Positions 1 to 9,137 of a stretch of 64,000 nucleotides of DNA are shown piece after piece (position 1 is the stretch's first letter; the number at the start of each line of letters is the position of its first letter). The stretch lies in NCBI GenBank assembly GCA_965223905.1, contig CBDCXV010000011.1, forward strand, positions 128,001-192,000, given 5' to 3'. Position numbers and translations under genes: made by a program. Source of the DNA: Candidatus Latescibacterota bacterium. GTDB taxonomy: Bacteria; Latescibacterota; UBA2968; UBA8231. The notes beneath the pieces were generated by a model. That model saw only the letters and a list, made by a program, of their open reading frames with translations. It had not been told where the DNA came from and did not search any database.

Positions 1-389
1 AAGGCCTTCTTTTTCTGGAGAACAGGGTCGTTGGCGACGACTTCCTCGTGCGACCACTCGTACAATTCGTGAATGCCGAAGGCGAGAGGAACGGCAAGCA
101 GGAACATCAGGGGCAGGGTGCGGGTGCCCGCTTCAAGAAGGCGTCTGATGGCGAACCCCCAGCGGCCGCCGGCGAGGTGGTGGATCATCAGGACGACCAT
201 GCAGCCGAGACTCAAACTTACCCAGTAAATGAAGGCGAGCAGATAGGATTTGAAGAACTGCTCCTGATGCGTTGCGTAAGCGAGCAGGGCCAGTGTTATC
301 CCTATCACCCCTACCACGAGGGCACGCCTAGCGAACGAGGTGAAATCGGGACCTAGAGCTTCGCTCTGACGAATCAGTTCTGCGTTCAT
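1..389 (-). CDS. actF: Alternative complex III membrane subunit ActF (partial, runs off window start)
   Basis: Not in the ORF track. Manual translation from ATG at 389 (ATGA overlap with the actE stop): MNAELIRQ...QFFKSYLLAFIYWVSLSLGCMVVLMIHHLAGGRWGFAIRRLLEA, the typical ActF N-terminus. Follows actE. Confidence 0.85.
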   Translation of the reverse strand, partial: MNAELIRQSEALGPDFTSFARRALVVGVIGITLALLAYATHQEQFFKSYLLAFIYWVSLSLGCMVVLMIHHLAGGRWGFAIRRLLEAGTRTLPLMFLLAVPLAFGIHELYEWSHEEVVANDPVLQKKKA

Positions 390-1027
390 TGCAGCTGCGC
401 CTTGTCTTCAGCGGGCAGACCGTCAAAGTCGGCGTTCTGGCTGAACTGCAGAGTGCGTACGTAAGCTGCGATCGCCCAACGATCGTTTACGGGGATGCGG
501 GCAGCATAACTGTACATCGCGCCGAATCCGTTGGTCATCACGTCGAAGAAGTGGCCGATCGAAGCCTCCTGAAGCCGGTCCTCGTGATAGGAAGGGGGCT
601 GTTTGAGCCCCCGCTTGACGATCATTCCGTTCCCTGTGCCGGTTCGGTCGTGACAAGGGGAGCAGAAGATGTCGTAACGCTCTCTTCCCCGTTCCAGCAG
701 GTTGCGTGTAACGGGAATTGGAACGGTCGTGGCCGGTTCTCCGTTGACGATGCCTCGGAAATAGTGGTCGTCGAGCCGAAGATGGCCACGCGCAACTGTG
801 CCTTCGATTGGTTGCCGGGATGAAAGCCCGTCTTCGAAGAAGGGGGATGCCTCCAGCGGTTCGTAACGTGGCTGGTCGTACATCGCCTGCCGCAACTCGC
901 AACCGGAGGCAAACAGCACTGTCGACACCGCGGCAACCACCCCAAATGAACGGCCTGGAATCCGCGGCGAGCGCCAACGGAGTGTATCGTTCAGGGTTGT
1001 GAGTCCGCGTCTGTCAAGAATCGACAT
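386..1027 (-). CDS. actE: Alternative complex III monoheme cytochrome c lipoprotein ActE
   Basis: Lipobox-like ASGC followed by MYDQPRYEP, a single CxxCH (CSPCH) and GTVARG. Position within the act operon. Confidence 0.9.
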   Translation of the reverse strand: MSILDRRGLTTLNDTLRWRSPRIPGRSFGVVAAVSTVLFASGCELRQAMYDQPRYEPLEASPFFEDGLSSRQPIEGTVARGHLRLDDHYFRGIVNGEPATTVPIPVTRNLLERGRERYDIFCSPCHDRTGTGNGMIVKRGLKQPPSYHEDRLQEASIGHFFDVMTNGFGAMYSYAARIPVNDRWAIAAYVRTLQFSQNADFDGLPAEDKAQLQ

Positions 1028-1559
1028 TGGAGATATTCACCGGGTTGAGAGACTGCAGAAAAGAGCGCGTCTCGTCGGTGTCGAACTGCGGATCTGCGGA
1101 CTCGATGCAAAGGAAAAACCGGTCCTGGGTGGCGCGGGCAAACTCCGGTACGTTGAAAACCGGGTGATAGGGCATGGGCAGCCGGTTGGCGATCCACAGG
1201 CCCAGGAAAGTTCCTATTCCGGCGAACAGAATCGTCAACTCGAAGGTAACAGGAATGAAGGAGGGACCACTGTGCAGTGGGCGCCCCCCGACGTTTATGG
1301 GATAGTCGATGACATGGATCCAGTATTGCAGACCATATCCGCAAACCGCCCCGAGGAGACCGCACACAAAGGTCAGGACAGGTAAGTTGGTGCGGTGAAA
1401 TCCGATTGCCGCGGCCAATCCGTGAACCGGGACCGGGGAAAACGCGTCGATGCGGCGGAACCCGGCGGAGTGCGTCTTGTGAGCTGCGGCGAGAAGATCC
1501 TCGGGGTTTTCGAATTCGGCCATCAAGCCGTAGGTCGACGATACAGTCGGATGATTCAT
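1014..1559 (-). CDS. actD: Alternative complex III subunit ActD (DUF3341)
   Basis: GLMAEF, DAFSPVPVHGL, YPINVGGRP and FIPVTFELTILFA motifs with two TM segments. Confidence 0.9.
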   Translation of the reverse strand: MNHPTVSSTYGLMAEFENPEDLLAAAHKTHSAGFRRIDAFSPVPVHGLAAAIGFHRTNLPVLTFVCGLLGAVCGYGLQYWIHVIDYPINVGGRPLHSGPSFIPVTFELTILFAGIGTFLGLWIANRLPMPYHPVFNVPEFARATQDRFFLCIESADPQFDTDETRSFLQSLNPVNISNVDS

Positions 1560-1566
1560 TGGCGCC

Positions 1567-2952
1567 TCAGTGCTTCCTTTTCCCGATCGGCACCAGCGTG
1601 CGGATCTCGTGAATGGCTATCAAGGGCCACACGCGGACGAACAGGAAGAAGGCAAACAGGAAGAAGCCGATTGTGCCGGCATAGGTCGCCCAGTCCCAGA
1701 CCGTCGGATAGTACATGTCCCAGGAAGAGGGCATGTACCCGCGATGGAGGCTGACGACGACGATGATGAAGCGCTCCAGCCACATTCCGACATTGATGAA
1801 CATCGACACGACGAAGAGCCACAAGGTGCTGAGGCGGACCCGTTTCGACCACAGCAACTGAGGTACCGCGATGTTGCACAGGATCAGCAGCCAGTAGTAG
1901 GGACCGTACGGCCCGTACATGCGGTTTGCCATCATGAAGCCCTCGTACACACTGGCGCTGTACCACGCGATCAGTTGCTCCATGAAGTACCCGTAGGCCA
2001 CTATCAGCCCTGCAACAAGCATCACTTTGCCCATGTTGTCTAGGTGTCGATCGGTGATGAAGTCCTCCAAGCCGTACAGCCGTCGCAGGGGGATCATCAA
2101 CGTTAGGACCATGGCAAAACCGGCGTAAATTGCGCCTGCGACGAAATAGGGCGGAAAAATGGTAGTATGCCAACCCGGTATGATCGACACCGCAAAATCG
2201 AGGCTGACGATGCTGTGCACGGAAAGCACCAGCGGGGTGGACAAGCCCGCCAACATCAGGGAAGCCATCTCGTAGCGCTCCCAGTGGATGGCCGAACCGC
2301 GCCAACCCATCGACAGCATGCCGAAAAATACCTGAGGAACCCGGTGTTTCGCACGATCCCGGAACGTCGCAAAGTCGGGAATCATGCCTAGTATCCAGAA
2401 CAGAAGCGAGATCGTTAAGTAGGTGCCGACGGCAAATACATCCCAGATCAACGGGCTGCGAAACTGCGGCCAGATGTCCATCGAGTTGGGATAGGGGAAA
2501 AGCCAGTACGCCGCCAACCACGGCCGCCCGGTGTGGATCAGCGGAAACATGCCTGCACACATGACGGCGAAAATGGTCATCGCCTCGGCGGAGCGATTGA
2601 TTGATGTGCGCCATTTCTGCCGGAAGAGAAGGAGAATTGCCGAGATCAGGGTGCCTGCATGTCCGATCCCGATCCACCAGACGAAGTTGATTATAGCGAA
2701 ACCCCACCCGATCGGGATATTGATGCCCCAGATACCGACTCCTTCGTACAGTAGATAGGCGATCGCGACCTGAAGCAACCCTACGAGAATGAACCCCACG
2801 AGGGCCGCAAGAAACCACGGTATCGGGGTCTCCCGCGTCAGAACGACGCCGCTGATCTTTTCGGTGATCGACGTGTAGGAGGTCTGACCCGGACCTAGTT
2901 CCGGCGCTGGCGGAGTGTAGTTTTTGGCCGATGGCGGTGCCGCTTCAGACAT
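1567..2952 (-). CDS. actC: Alternative complex III quinol-binding subunit ActC (NrfD/PsrC family)
   Basis: WGFAIINFVWWIGIGHAGTLISAIL, WRTSINRSAEAMT, QFRSPLIWDVFAV and GWHTTIFPPYFVAGA; polytopic membrane protein. Confidence 0.95.
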   Translation of the reverse strand: MSEAAPPSAKNYTPPAPELGPGQTSYTSITEKISGVVLTRETPIPWFLAALVGFILVGLLQVAIAYLLYEGVGIWGINIPIGWGFAIINFVWWIGIGHAGTLISAILLLFRQKWRTSINRSAEAMTIFAVMCAGMFPLIHTGRPWLAAYWLFPYPNSMDIWPQFRSPLIWDVFAVGTYLTISLLFWILGMIPDFATFRDRAKHRVPQVFFGMLSMGWRGSAIHWERYEMASLMLAGLSTPLVLSVHSIVSLDFAVSIIPGWHTTIFPPYFVAGAIYAGFAMVLTLMIPLRRLYGLEDFITDRHLDNMGKVMLVAGLIVAYGYFMEQLIAWYSASVYEGFMMANRMYGPYGPYYWLLILCNIAVPQLLWSKRVRLSTLWLFVVSMFINVGMWLERFIIVVVSLHRGYMPSSWDMYYPTVWDWATYAGTIGFFLFAFFLFVRVWPLIAIHEIRTLVPIGKRKH

Positions 2953-3028
2953 GAAGCCCCTTTTCCCCCATCATGTCCCTTTCATTAGTACATAAGGGCA
3001 ACAGGCCTTCGGACCCACCAATCTCATT

Positions 3029-6000
3029 TCAAGCCTTGCCAATCTCGGGATTCGGATTTGCAACGCGGCCGAGATAGGTGGTTCGAGGTCGCGTGTTGAG
3101 ATCGGTCAGGATGCCGTAGTTGAGGTCCGAAGCCTTCCAACGGGACACCTCACTGTTTGGATCTTCGATGTTGCCGAAGCTAATCGCCTGCGTCGGACAG
3201 GCCTGCTGGCAGGCGGTCTGTATCTCCCCGTCGGAGATAGGGGTCCCCGTTTTCTTTGACTCGATACGGGCGGTGTTGATTCGCTGCGTGCAATAGGTGC
3301 ATTTCTCCATGACGCCGCGGTAGCGCACCGTCACATCGGGATTTCGCTGTAGTTTGAGACTTGGAGTGTCGCGGTCGGAGTACTGCAGGAAATTGAAACG
3401 GCGTACCTTGTACGGGCAGTTGTTCGAGCAGTACCGCGTGCCCACGCAGCGGTTGTAAATCATGTCGTTGAGCCCCTCTTCGCTGTGTGTAGTCGCAGTT
3501 ACGGGGCAAACCAGTTCGCAGGGCGCGTTCTCGCACTGCTGGCAAGGCACGGGCTGGTGGTAAATTTCCGGATCGTCGAGGTCGGTGTAGTAGCGGTCGA
3601 CGCGAATCCAGGACATCTCCCGGCCGTTGAGGACCTCTTCTTTGCCGACAACCGGAATGTTGTTCTCCGCTTGGCAGGCTACAGAACAGGCGTTGCATCC
3701 CATGCAGGCGTTGAGATCGATGGCCATACCCCACGAGTAACCGGTTGACGACTTGAACTCATCCGGGTTGTAAAGGGTGAGTTCCTCGGGGAATTCGTGA
3801 GCTTCTTCGTGGACGAAGTGGGGGTTTTTCTCGTAGTGCTTCAGATCCGCGTGGCGGACAAGTTGGCGATCCTCCATGCTGTGGTGGTCTTGCGTGCAGG
3901 CGAGGGGCTGGCGGTCGAAGGTCTTTGCCCACTTCAGGTCGGTTGTGCTCCACATTCCTGAGCTGGAAGTGAGCGGATAGGCGTTGAAGCCGGCATCGTC
4001 GCCGACGCGGCCTGCGCGGGTGCGACCGTACCCAAGATGTACGGCAAGAGTGCGTTCCGCCTGACCGGGAACGATCCAGACCGGAGCCCTGACCATACGG
4101 CCCTCCCGGAGCAACTCGATAACCTGCTCATTGGCAACTCCCAGTTCCTCAGCGGTTGCCGGACTTACCAGAGCGGCGTTGTCCCAAGTGAGCTGGGTGA
4201 TCGGCCTGGGCGTCTCCTGGAGCCACCCATTGTTCGAAAATCGTCCGCCACCCAGCAACGGGTCAGGTCGGACTACCAGTTCGATATTCTCTTCATCCTG
4301 AATCACTCCCGTGCCCTGCGGCAGCTGCAGCGAGCGCCGAAGACTCACTTTTTTGGCAGACAGTGCGGTTCCCCCTACCAGGCCGTCGTGCAGGGAGGTT
4401 TGCCAGGACCGGTCGAAGCTGCCCGATAGGGACAGATGCTCCTCCCACGTCTGCCTTACGATGTCCAGAGTCGGTTTTCCGCTTTCGCCAGACAGTACCG
4501 CAAGCAGGTCGTGCGACGATTTGCCGTTGAACAGCGGTTTAATCAGGGGCTGGATTATCGAAACCGTGCCATCGTAGGCTCGACAGTCGCCCCAGGATTC
4601 AAAAAGGTGAGCCTGGGGTACATGCCAGTGACAGGCTCGGGAGGTCTCGTCAGCCACCAGACTGAGCTGAGCTCTGAATTCGACGTTGGCAAGCGCCCCC
4701 GCGAAATCGAGGTCAGGTGGGGCGTCGTAGACCGGATTTCCTCCGATAATCAGCAGAATGCCGACCTCGCCCGCTTTCATGTCTGCAACGAGGGTGCTCA
4801 GGGATCCGGTGTGATCGACAGATTCGACTTCCAGAGGATCGGTGTAGTGAACTGTTTCGCCGACGTTCCCTAGAGCCTGGTTGATGGCGTGGGCCAAGGC
4901 ATGCACCGCCGGGGACTGCTGCGGTCCGGCAACGACAATACTGGCACCGGCGTTTTTCTTGAGGTCACGGGCCAGGGCAGGTACCCAGTTGGCTGTGTCT
5001 TCGAACGCCGGGACGTCGCTTTCAAGGTGGACGCCCAGTTCCCTGGCCAATGTTGCGGCGAAGCGCTCGATCGCGCCGCTGTCGAGAGGCAATCTGTGAT
5101 CCGCCATGCTTCCCGTCGGCGATGGAATAGTCTCGACGGCATACAAGCGGTTCAATTCGTTTTTGCCGTCCCGCACCCGCCTTCCAGCGGCGAAATCTCG
5201 TGCATACCGCACGGCGCCGGGTCCAGAACCGCAGAAATCGGCGTCGAGCGACAGGACAACTTGGGCTTTGGCGAAATCGAACCAAGTATTGACCGGCTCT
5301 CCGTACGCCAGCACGGATCCGGCACGGGCGGCATCGCGGTTGGCAGGTTCGTACTGGTGCCATTGCATTGCCGGCAACTGCTCGCGCAGGGACAAAAGCT
5401 GGCGACCGAGGGTCGGGGAGGTAACTGTCTCGGTCAGAATCCTCAAACCGTCCCCGTTCTTGTGGCGGAACATGTCGATTTTTTGAGCAAGGCTCTGTAC
5501 GAAGTTACCCCAGGTACTTATTCTGCCGGCGTTAGTTACAACCCGAGACCGATCCGGGTCGTAGAGCTCGAGAACCACTGCCTGGGTGACCGGATCGGTT
5601 GCTCCCAGACTGGCGGGATGGTCTGGATTTCCCTCGATTTTGGTAGGACGGCCCATGTGGCTCTCAACAAGTATGCCGGTGCCGACCCCGCCCTGCGTCG
5701 AGGCGGTCGCGAAATAAAGCGGCTTGCCGGGAATGACATTCTCCGGAGCCCGAACCCAGGGAACGATTTTCTCTTCGGGCTGGATGGTGCAATTTGTCAA
5801 TCCGCCGAACGCAAGGGATGCTCCCATCACCTTGAGAAAGTTGCGACGGCTTACGGGATCGGGCCACTCCGAAGCGCGTTCCGGGAACTCGCGGTGCAAC
5901 ATCTCCCTGAACTCCTCGGTGGCGGCCAACTCGTCAAGGCTGCGCCAGTAATCCCGCCCCCCGGATTTCGACAGGGCGGCTCGAATCTCGCTGAGTTCCA

Positions 6001-6037
6001 AGCGTTTACGACTTATGGCAACGGGCGTATCAGTCAT
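3029..6037 (-). CDS. actB: Alternative complex III subunit ActB (Tat-exported molybdopterin-oxidoreductase-like domain plus Fe-S domain)
   Basis: YWRSLDEL, Tat motif SRRNFLK, GRPTKIEGNPDHP, and C-terminal Cys clusters (CMGCNACSVAC, CQQCENAPC, CVGTRYCSNNC, CTYC...CQQAC). ATG 6037 overlaps the actA stop. Confidence 0.93.
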   Translation of the reverse strand: MTDTPVAISRKRLELSEIRAALSKSGGRDYWRSLDELAATEEFREMLHREFPERASEWPDPVSRRNFLKVMGASLAFGGLTNCTIQPEEKIVPWVRAPENVIPGKPLYFATASTQGGVGTGILVESHMGRPTKIEGNPDHPASLGATDPVTQAVVLELYDPDRSRVVTNAGRISTWGNFVQSLAQKIDMFRHKNGDGLRILTETVTSPTLGRQLLSLREQLPAMQWHQYEPANRDAARAGSVLAYGEPVNTWFDFAKAQVVLSLDADFCGSGPGAVRYARDFAAGRRVRDGKNELNRLYAVETIPSPTGSMADHRLPLDSGAIERFAATLARELGVHLESDVPAFEDTANWVPALARDLKKNAGASIVVAGPQQSPAVHALAHAINQALGNVGETVHYTDPLEVESVDHTGSLSTLVADMKAGEVGILLIIGGNPVYDAPPDLDFAGALANVEFRAQLSLVADETSRACHWHVPQAHLFESWGDCRAYDGTVSIIQPLIKPLFNGKSSHDLLAVLSGESGKPTLDIVRQTWEEHLSLSGSFDRSWQTSLHDGLVGGTALSAKKVSLRRSLQLPQGTGVIQDEENIELVVRPDPLLGGGRFSNNGWLQETPRPITQLTWDNAALVSPATAEELGVANEQVIELLREGRMVRAPVWIVPGQAERTLAVHLGYGRTRAGRVGDDAGFNAYPLTSSSGMWSTTDLKWAKTFDRQPLACTQDHHSMEDRQLVRHADLKHYEKNPHFVHEEAHEFPEELTLYNPDEFKSSTGYSWGMAIDLNACMGCNACSVACQAENNIPVVGKEEVLNGREMSWIRVDRYYTDLDDPEIYHQPVPCQQCENAPCELVCPVTATTHSEEGLNDMIYNRCVGTRYCSNNCPYKVRRFNFLQYSDRDTPSLKLQRNPDVTVRYRGVMEKCTYCTQRINTARIESKKTGTPISDGEIQTACQQACPTQAISFGNIEDPNSEVSRWKASDLNYGILTDLNTRPRTTYLGRVANPNPEIGKA

Positions 6038-6690
6038 AGGTGGCACACCGAGCAATCGCGCAATTGGGATGTTTGAACGCCGTACTCCGCAACCAGCCTG
6101 CGCCCCAGAGTCTCCTGGTCGGAGGGCGGTATGTACTGCATGTTGAACACTTCCTCTCGAGGTCTGATAAACTGCTCAGGAGCCCGGTGGCACTCGAGGC
6201 ACCATTCCATGTTCAAGGTATTTTCCTTGTACATAAGGGGCATCTGGTCGACCTGACCGTGACAGCTCTGACAGCCTATCCCCTTGCTGATGTGGATATC
6301 GTGCTTGAAGTAGACGAAATCGGGCAGGTCGTGGACACGAGTCCAGCGCAACGCCACACCGTCCCGGTAACTGGCGCGCACAGGCTCAAGGATCGGAGCC
6401 TCCGTCCATATCATCGAGTGGCATGACATGCAGGTTTCGGTAGGAGGGATACCGGCAAAGGCGGAGGTTTCCACTGTCGTGTGACAATACCGGCAGTCGA
6501 TACCCATACCAGTCACATGGTGCTTGTGACTGAACGGAACCGGCTGATCCTTCGGTACGCCAACCTGACTTACGTAATCTAACCGGTTGATATTTAAGAG
6601 GATAGCAAGAAGAACAGCTACGGTGAGCCCGCCGCCAACGATACTGACATTGGCGACCCAGTTCATACTCCTTCCGAATACCTGCGGCAT
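6034..6690 (-). CDS. actA: Alternative complex III pentaheme cytochrome c ActA
   Basis: N-terminal TM helix, QPVPFSHKHH and five CxxCH motifs (CRYCH, CMSCH, CQSCH, CLECH, CSVCH). Confidence 0.93.
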   Translation of the reverse strand: MPQVFGRSMNWVANVSIVGGGLTVAVLLAILLNINRLDYVSQVGVPKDQPVPFSHKHHVTGMGIDCRYCHTTVETSAFAGIPPTETCMSCHSMIWTEAPILEPVRASYRDGVALRWTRVHDLPDFVYFKHDIHISKGIGCQSCHGQVDQMPLMYKENTLNMEWCLECHRAPEQFIRPREEVFNMQYIPPSDQETLGRRLVAEYGVQTSQLRDCSVCHL

Positions 6691-6972
6691 GTTTGGTGCG
6701 GTCCGGTCTCCTCCGCAGTGGGCTAACCTGTGGCTGGGACTGCGTTTACAGGCTGTTTGGGGGAACGTCGACGTTTTCGAAGTAAGGGGTTGGTAAACCT
6801 ATGGCCGCTTTTTCGTGAAGTCAACCCAGGGGGGTCAGTAAATCAGAAAATCCCCGGAGGCAACTCTTTGACCCGAATAGGACCGGATCCTGTGGGGTCC
6901 AGATGTGAACTGCCTTGCCATCGACCCTATATTCAATATAAAAGGGATATCAGAATAAAAGGGATTCAGAAA

Positions 6973-7046
6973 GCCCCCGTAGCTCAGTAGGATAGAGCAA
7001 CAGATTCCTAATCTGTGGGTCCCGTGTTCGAATCGCGGCGGGGGCA
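6973..7046 (+). tRNA. tRNA-Arg (anticodon CCT)
   Basis: Acceptor stem GCCCCCG/CGGGGGC+A, D arm TAGCTCAGTAGGATAGAGC, anticodon arm ACAGA-TTCCTAA-TCTGT, T loop TTCGAAT. The CCA end is not fully encoded. Confidence 0.95.
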
Positions 7047-7499
7047 CCGTTTTCTGAGGAGGAGGCCACTGCCGAGCCCGGTTTGCTAGCTGCTACTGAT
7101 TGGTCCCGTCGATTCGTCTGGGGAAGGTCTCAACCCTTGGAAGGGAAGAGGCGTGAGTATGAATCGCTCCCTCACGGCCATCGATTCCCACATGTAGCCG
7201 AGGAGCTGGTAACCTTCAGGGTCTCGGGTCGAAGGTTTCCCGCCGCGATTGGAAGCTGACATCGTTTTTGCCAGCACTCGAGGCTGCACGAAAGAAACGC
7301 AGCGACCGACCATGCTTTGGGTAACTTGGCCGGAACTCGGGGGTTGTCCTTCGGCACAACCGCCCCCGGGTTACCCCCAAGTCAACCGGCCTGGATGAGC
7401 GCGGAGGGTTCGTTTGGGTGGGAAGAAAACGAAATATAGAAGCGGGCCGAGTTCAATCGAAAATCTGGCATAACGTGACGCCATCGTGAATCCGCATCG

Positions 7500-8933
7500 A
7501 TGCTGACGCTCTACGATACCGCAAGGCGACGGAAGGTTCCCTTCGAACCGATAGATCCAAGCCAGGTCCGCATCTACAGCTGCGGCCCCACCATCTACGA
7601 CTACGCCCACATCGGAAACTTCAGATCTTTTGTTTTCGCGGACGTTCTCAAGCGCTACCTGAAATACCGGGGGTTCGAGGTGCTTCACGTGATGAACCTC
7701 ACCGATGTCGACGACCGCATTTCGGAGCGCGTGCAACAGGAAGGTATTTCTCTGCGGGAGTTCACCGACCGCTTTGCGGAGGGATTCTTCGCTGACTTAG
7801 AGACTTTGAACGTGGCCCCCGCGGAGCACTATCCGCGCGCGACCGACCACATTGCCGAGATGTTGGATTTGATCCAGACATTGCTTGACAAGGGCATGGC
7901 TTACCGCCGTGACGGTTCGGTTTACTACTCGATCTCCAAGTTTCCCGGCTACGGGCAATTTGCCCGTATCGACACCGCCGGCATGCAGCATGGCGCGCGT
8001 GTCGACAGCGACGACTACGACAAGGAGAACGTGCGTGATTTCGTCCTGTGGAAGGGCTGGACGGAGAAGGATGGCGACGTTGTATGGGACTCCCCCTTTG
8101 GCCGCGGCCGTCCCGGTTGGCATCTCGAATGCTCGGCGATGTCCAGGAAGTACCTCGGGGAAGAGTTCGACATTCATACCGGAGGCGTCGATCTGGTTTT
8201 TCCCCATCACCAGAACGAAATCGCCCAGAGTGAAGGAGCCTCGGGCAAGCCGTCCGTACAGTTGTGGATGCACAACGAGTTCCTCAACATCAACGGCGCG
8301 AAAATCTCCAAGAGCCTGGGAAACCATATTCGATTGCAAGACATCGGTTCGACAGCCGAGATAAAGGGTTTCCGATACCTGCTGGCGACCTCGCATTACC
8401 GGACGCTGCTTAACTTCTCTGACGCTGCCGTCAGGTCCAGTATGGCGGCTCAGCAGCGGCTCGCGAAGGTGCGGGACCGCGTACGAGAAATCGCAGCCGC
8501 TGGCCGGGGACCCGGTGACCGACTCTGGCAGGATCGGCTCGCCGCCGCTCGAAAGGGGTTTGAGGAGGGAATGGACGACGATTTGAACTCGCCGCGGGCA
8601 ATCGCGGCCGTGTTCGGTCTTATCCACCATGTCGAGCGACATCTTTCGAATGGCGATCTGAAGCCTGAAAACGCCGGGGCGGTCATCTCGTTTCTCGACG
8701 AAATCAATCAAGTATTCGGTATTTTTTACGAAACCCCCGGAGATGGGGACGAGAAACAGACTGATCTACCTCCTGAGCTGAAAGCCCTGTTTCGGCGCCG
8801 CATAGAGGCCCGCGAAGACAGGGATTGGGACCTCGCAGATCAGCTCAGAGAGGAACTCGGGGCTGCAGGTGTCGAGGTCAGAGACGGCCGCGAAGGTTCG
8901 ACCTGGGAGTGGAAACGATCGCCGAAAGAGTAG
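7500..8933 (+). CDS. cysS: Cysteine--tRNA ligase
   Basis: CGPTIYDYAHIGN, DFVLWK, GRPGWHLECSAM, DIHTGGVDLVFPHHQNE and KISKSLGN. Confidence 0.97.
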   Translation: MLTLYDTARRRKVPFEPIDPSQVRIYSCGPTIYDYAHIGNFRSFVFADVLKRYLKYRGFEVLHVMNLTDVDDRISERVQQEGISLREFTDRFAEGFFADLETLNVAPAEHYPRATDHIAEMLDLIQTLLDKGMAYRRDGSVYYSISKFPGYGQFARIDTAGMQHGARVDSDDYDKENVRDFVLWKGWTEKDGDVVWDSPFGRGRPGWHLECSAMSRKYLGEEFDIHTGGVDLVFPHHQNEIAQSEGASGKPSVQLWMHNEFLNINGAKISKSLGNHIRLQDIGSTAEIKGFRYLLATSHYRTLLNFSDAAVRSSMAAQQRLAKVRDRVREIAAAGRGPGDRLWQDRLAAARKGFEEGMDDDLNSPRAIAAVFGLIHHVERHLSNGDLKPENAGAVISFLDEINQVFGIFYETPGDGDEKQTDLPPELKALFRRRIEAREDRDWDLADQLREELGAAGVEVRDGREGSTWEWKRSPKE

Positions 8934-9137
8934 ATTGCGAATAGTCCGCCGCGTCGAAACCGGTTCGCCGGCCAACGGTTGGGTACTCAGATTTTCAGGC
9001 CATTTCCGAGATCCACAGTTCGTCAGCATTCCCGCGGTGGATGCCTACCAGGCACCTTGAGTAGGAAAGAAGCTCGGTGAAAGAAGAGGCGACAGTTAGC
9101 GGCTTGAAACCAAGGGATATCCCTGAATTGGGAGAGG

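Noticed and set aside
7086-7313. 75-aa minus-strand ORF after tRNA-Arg
   Set aside because: It has no clear RBS or recognisable motif and cannot be supported from the sequence alone.
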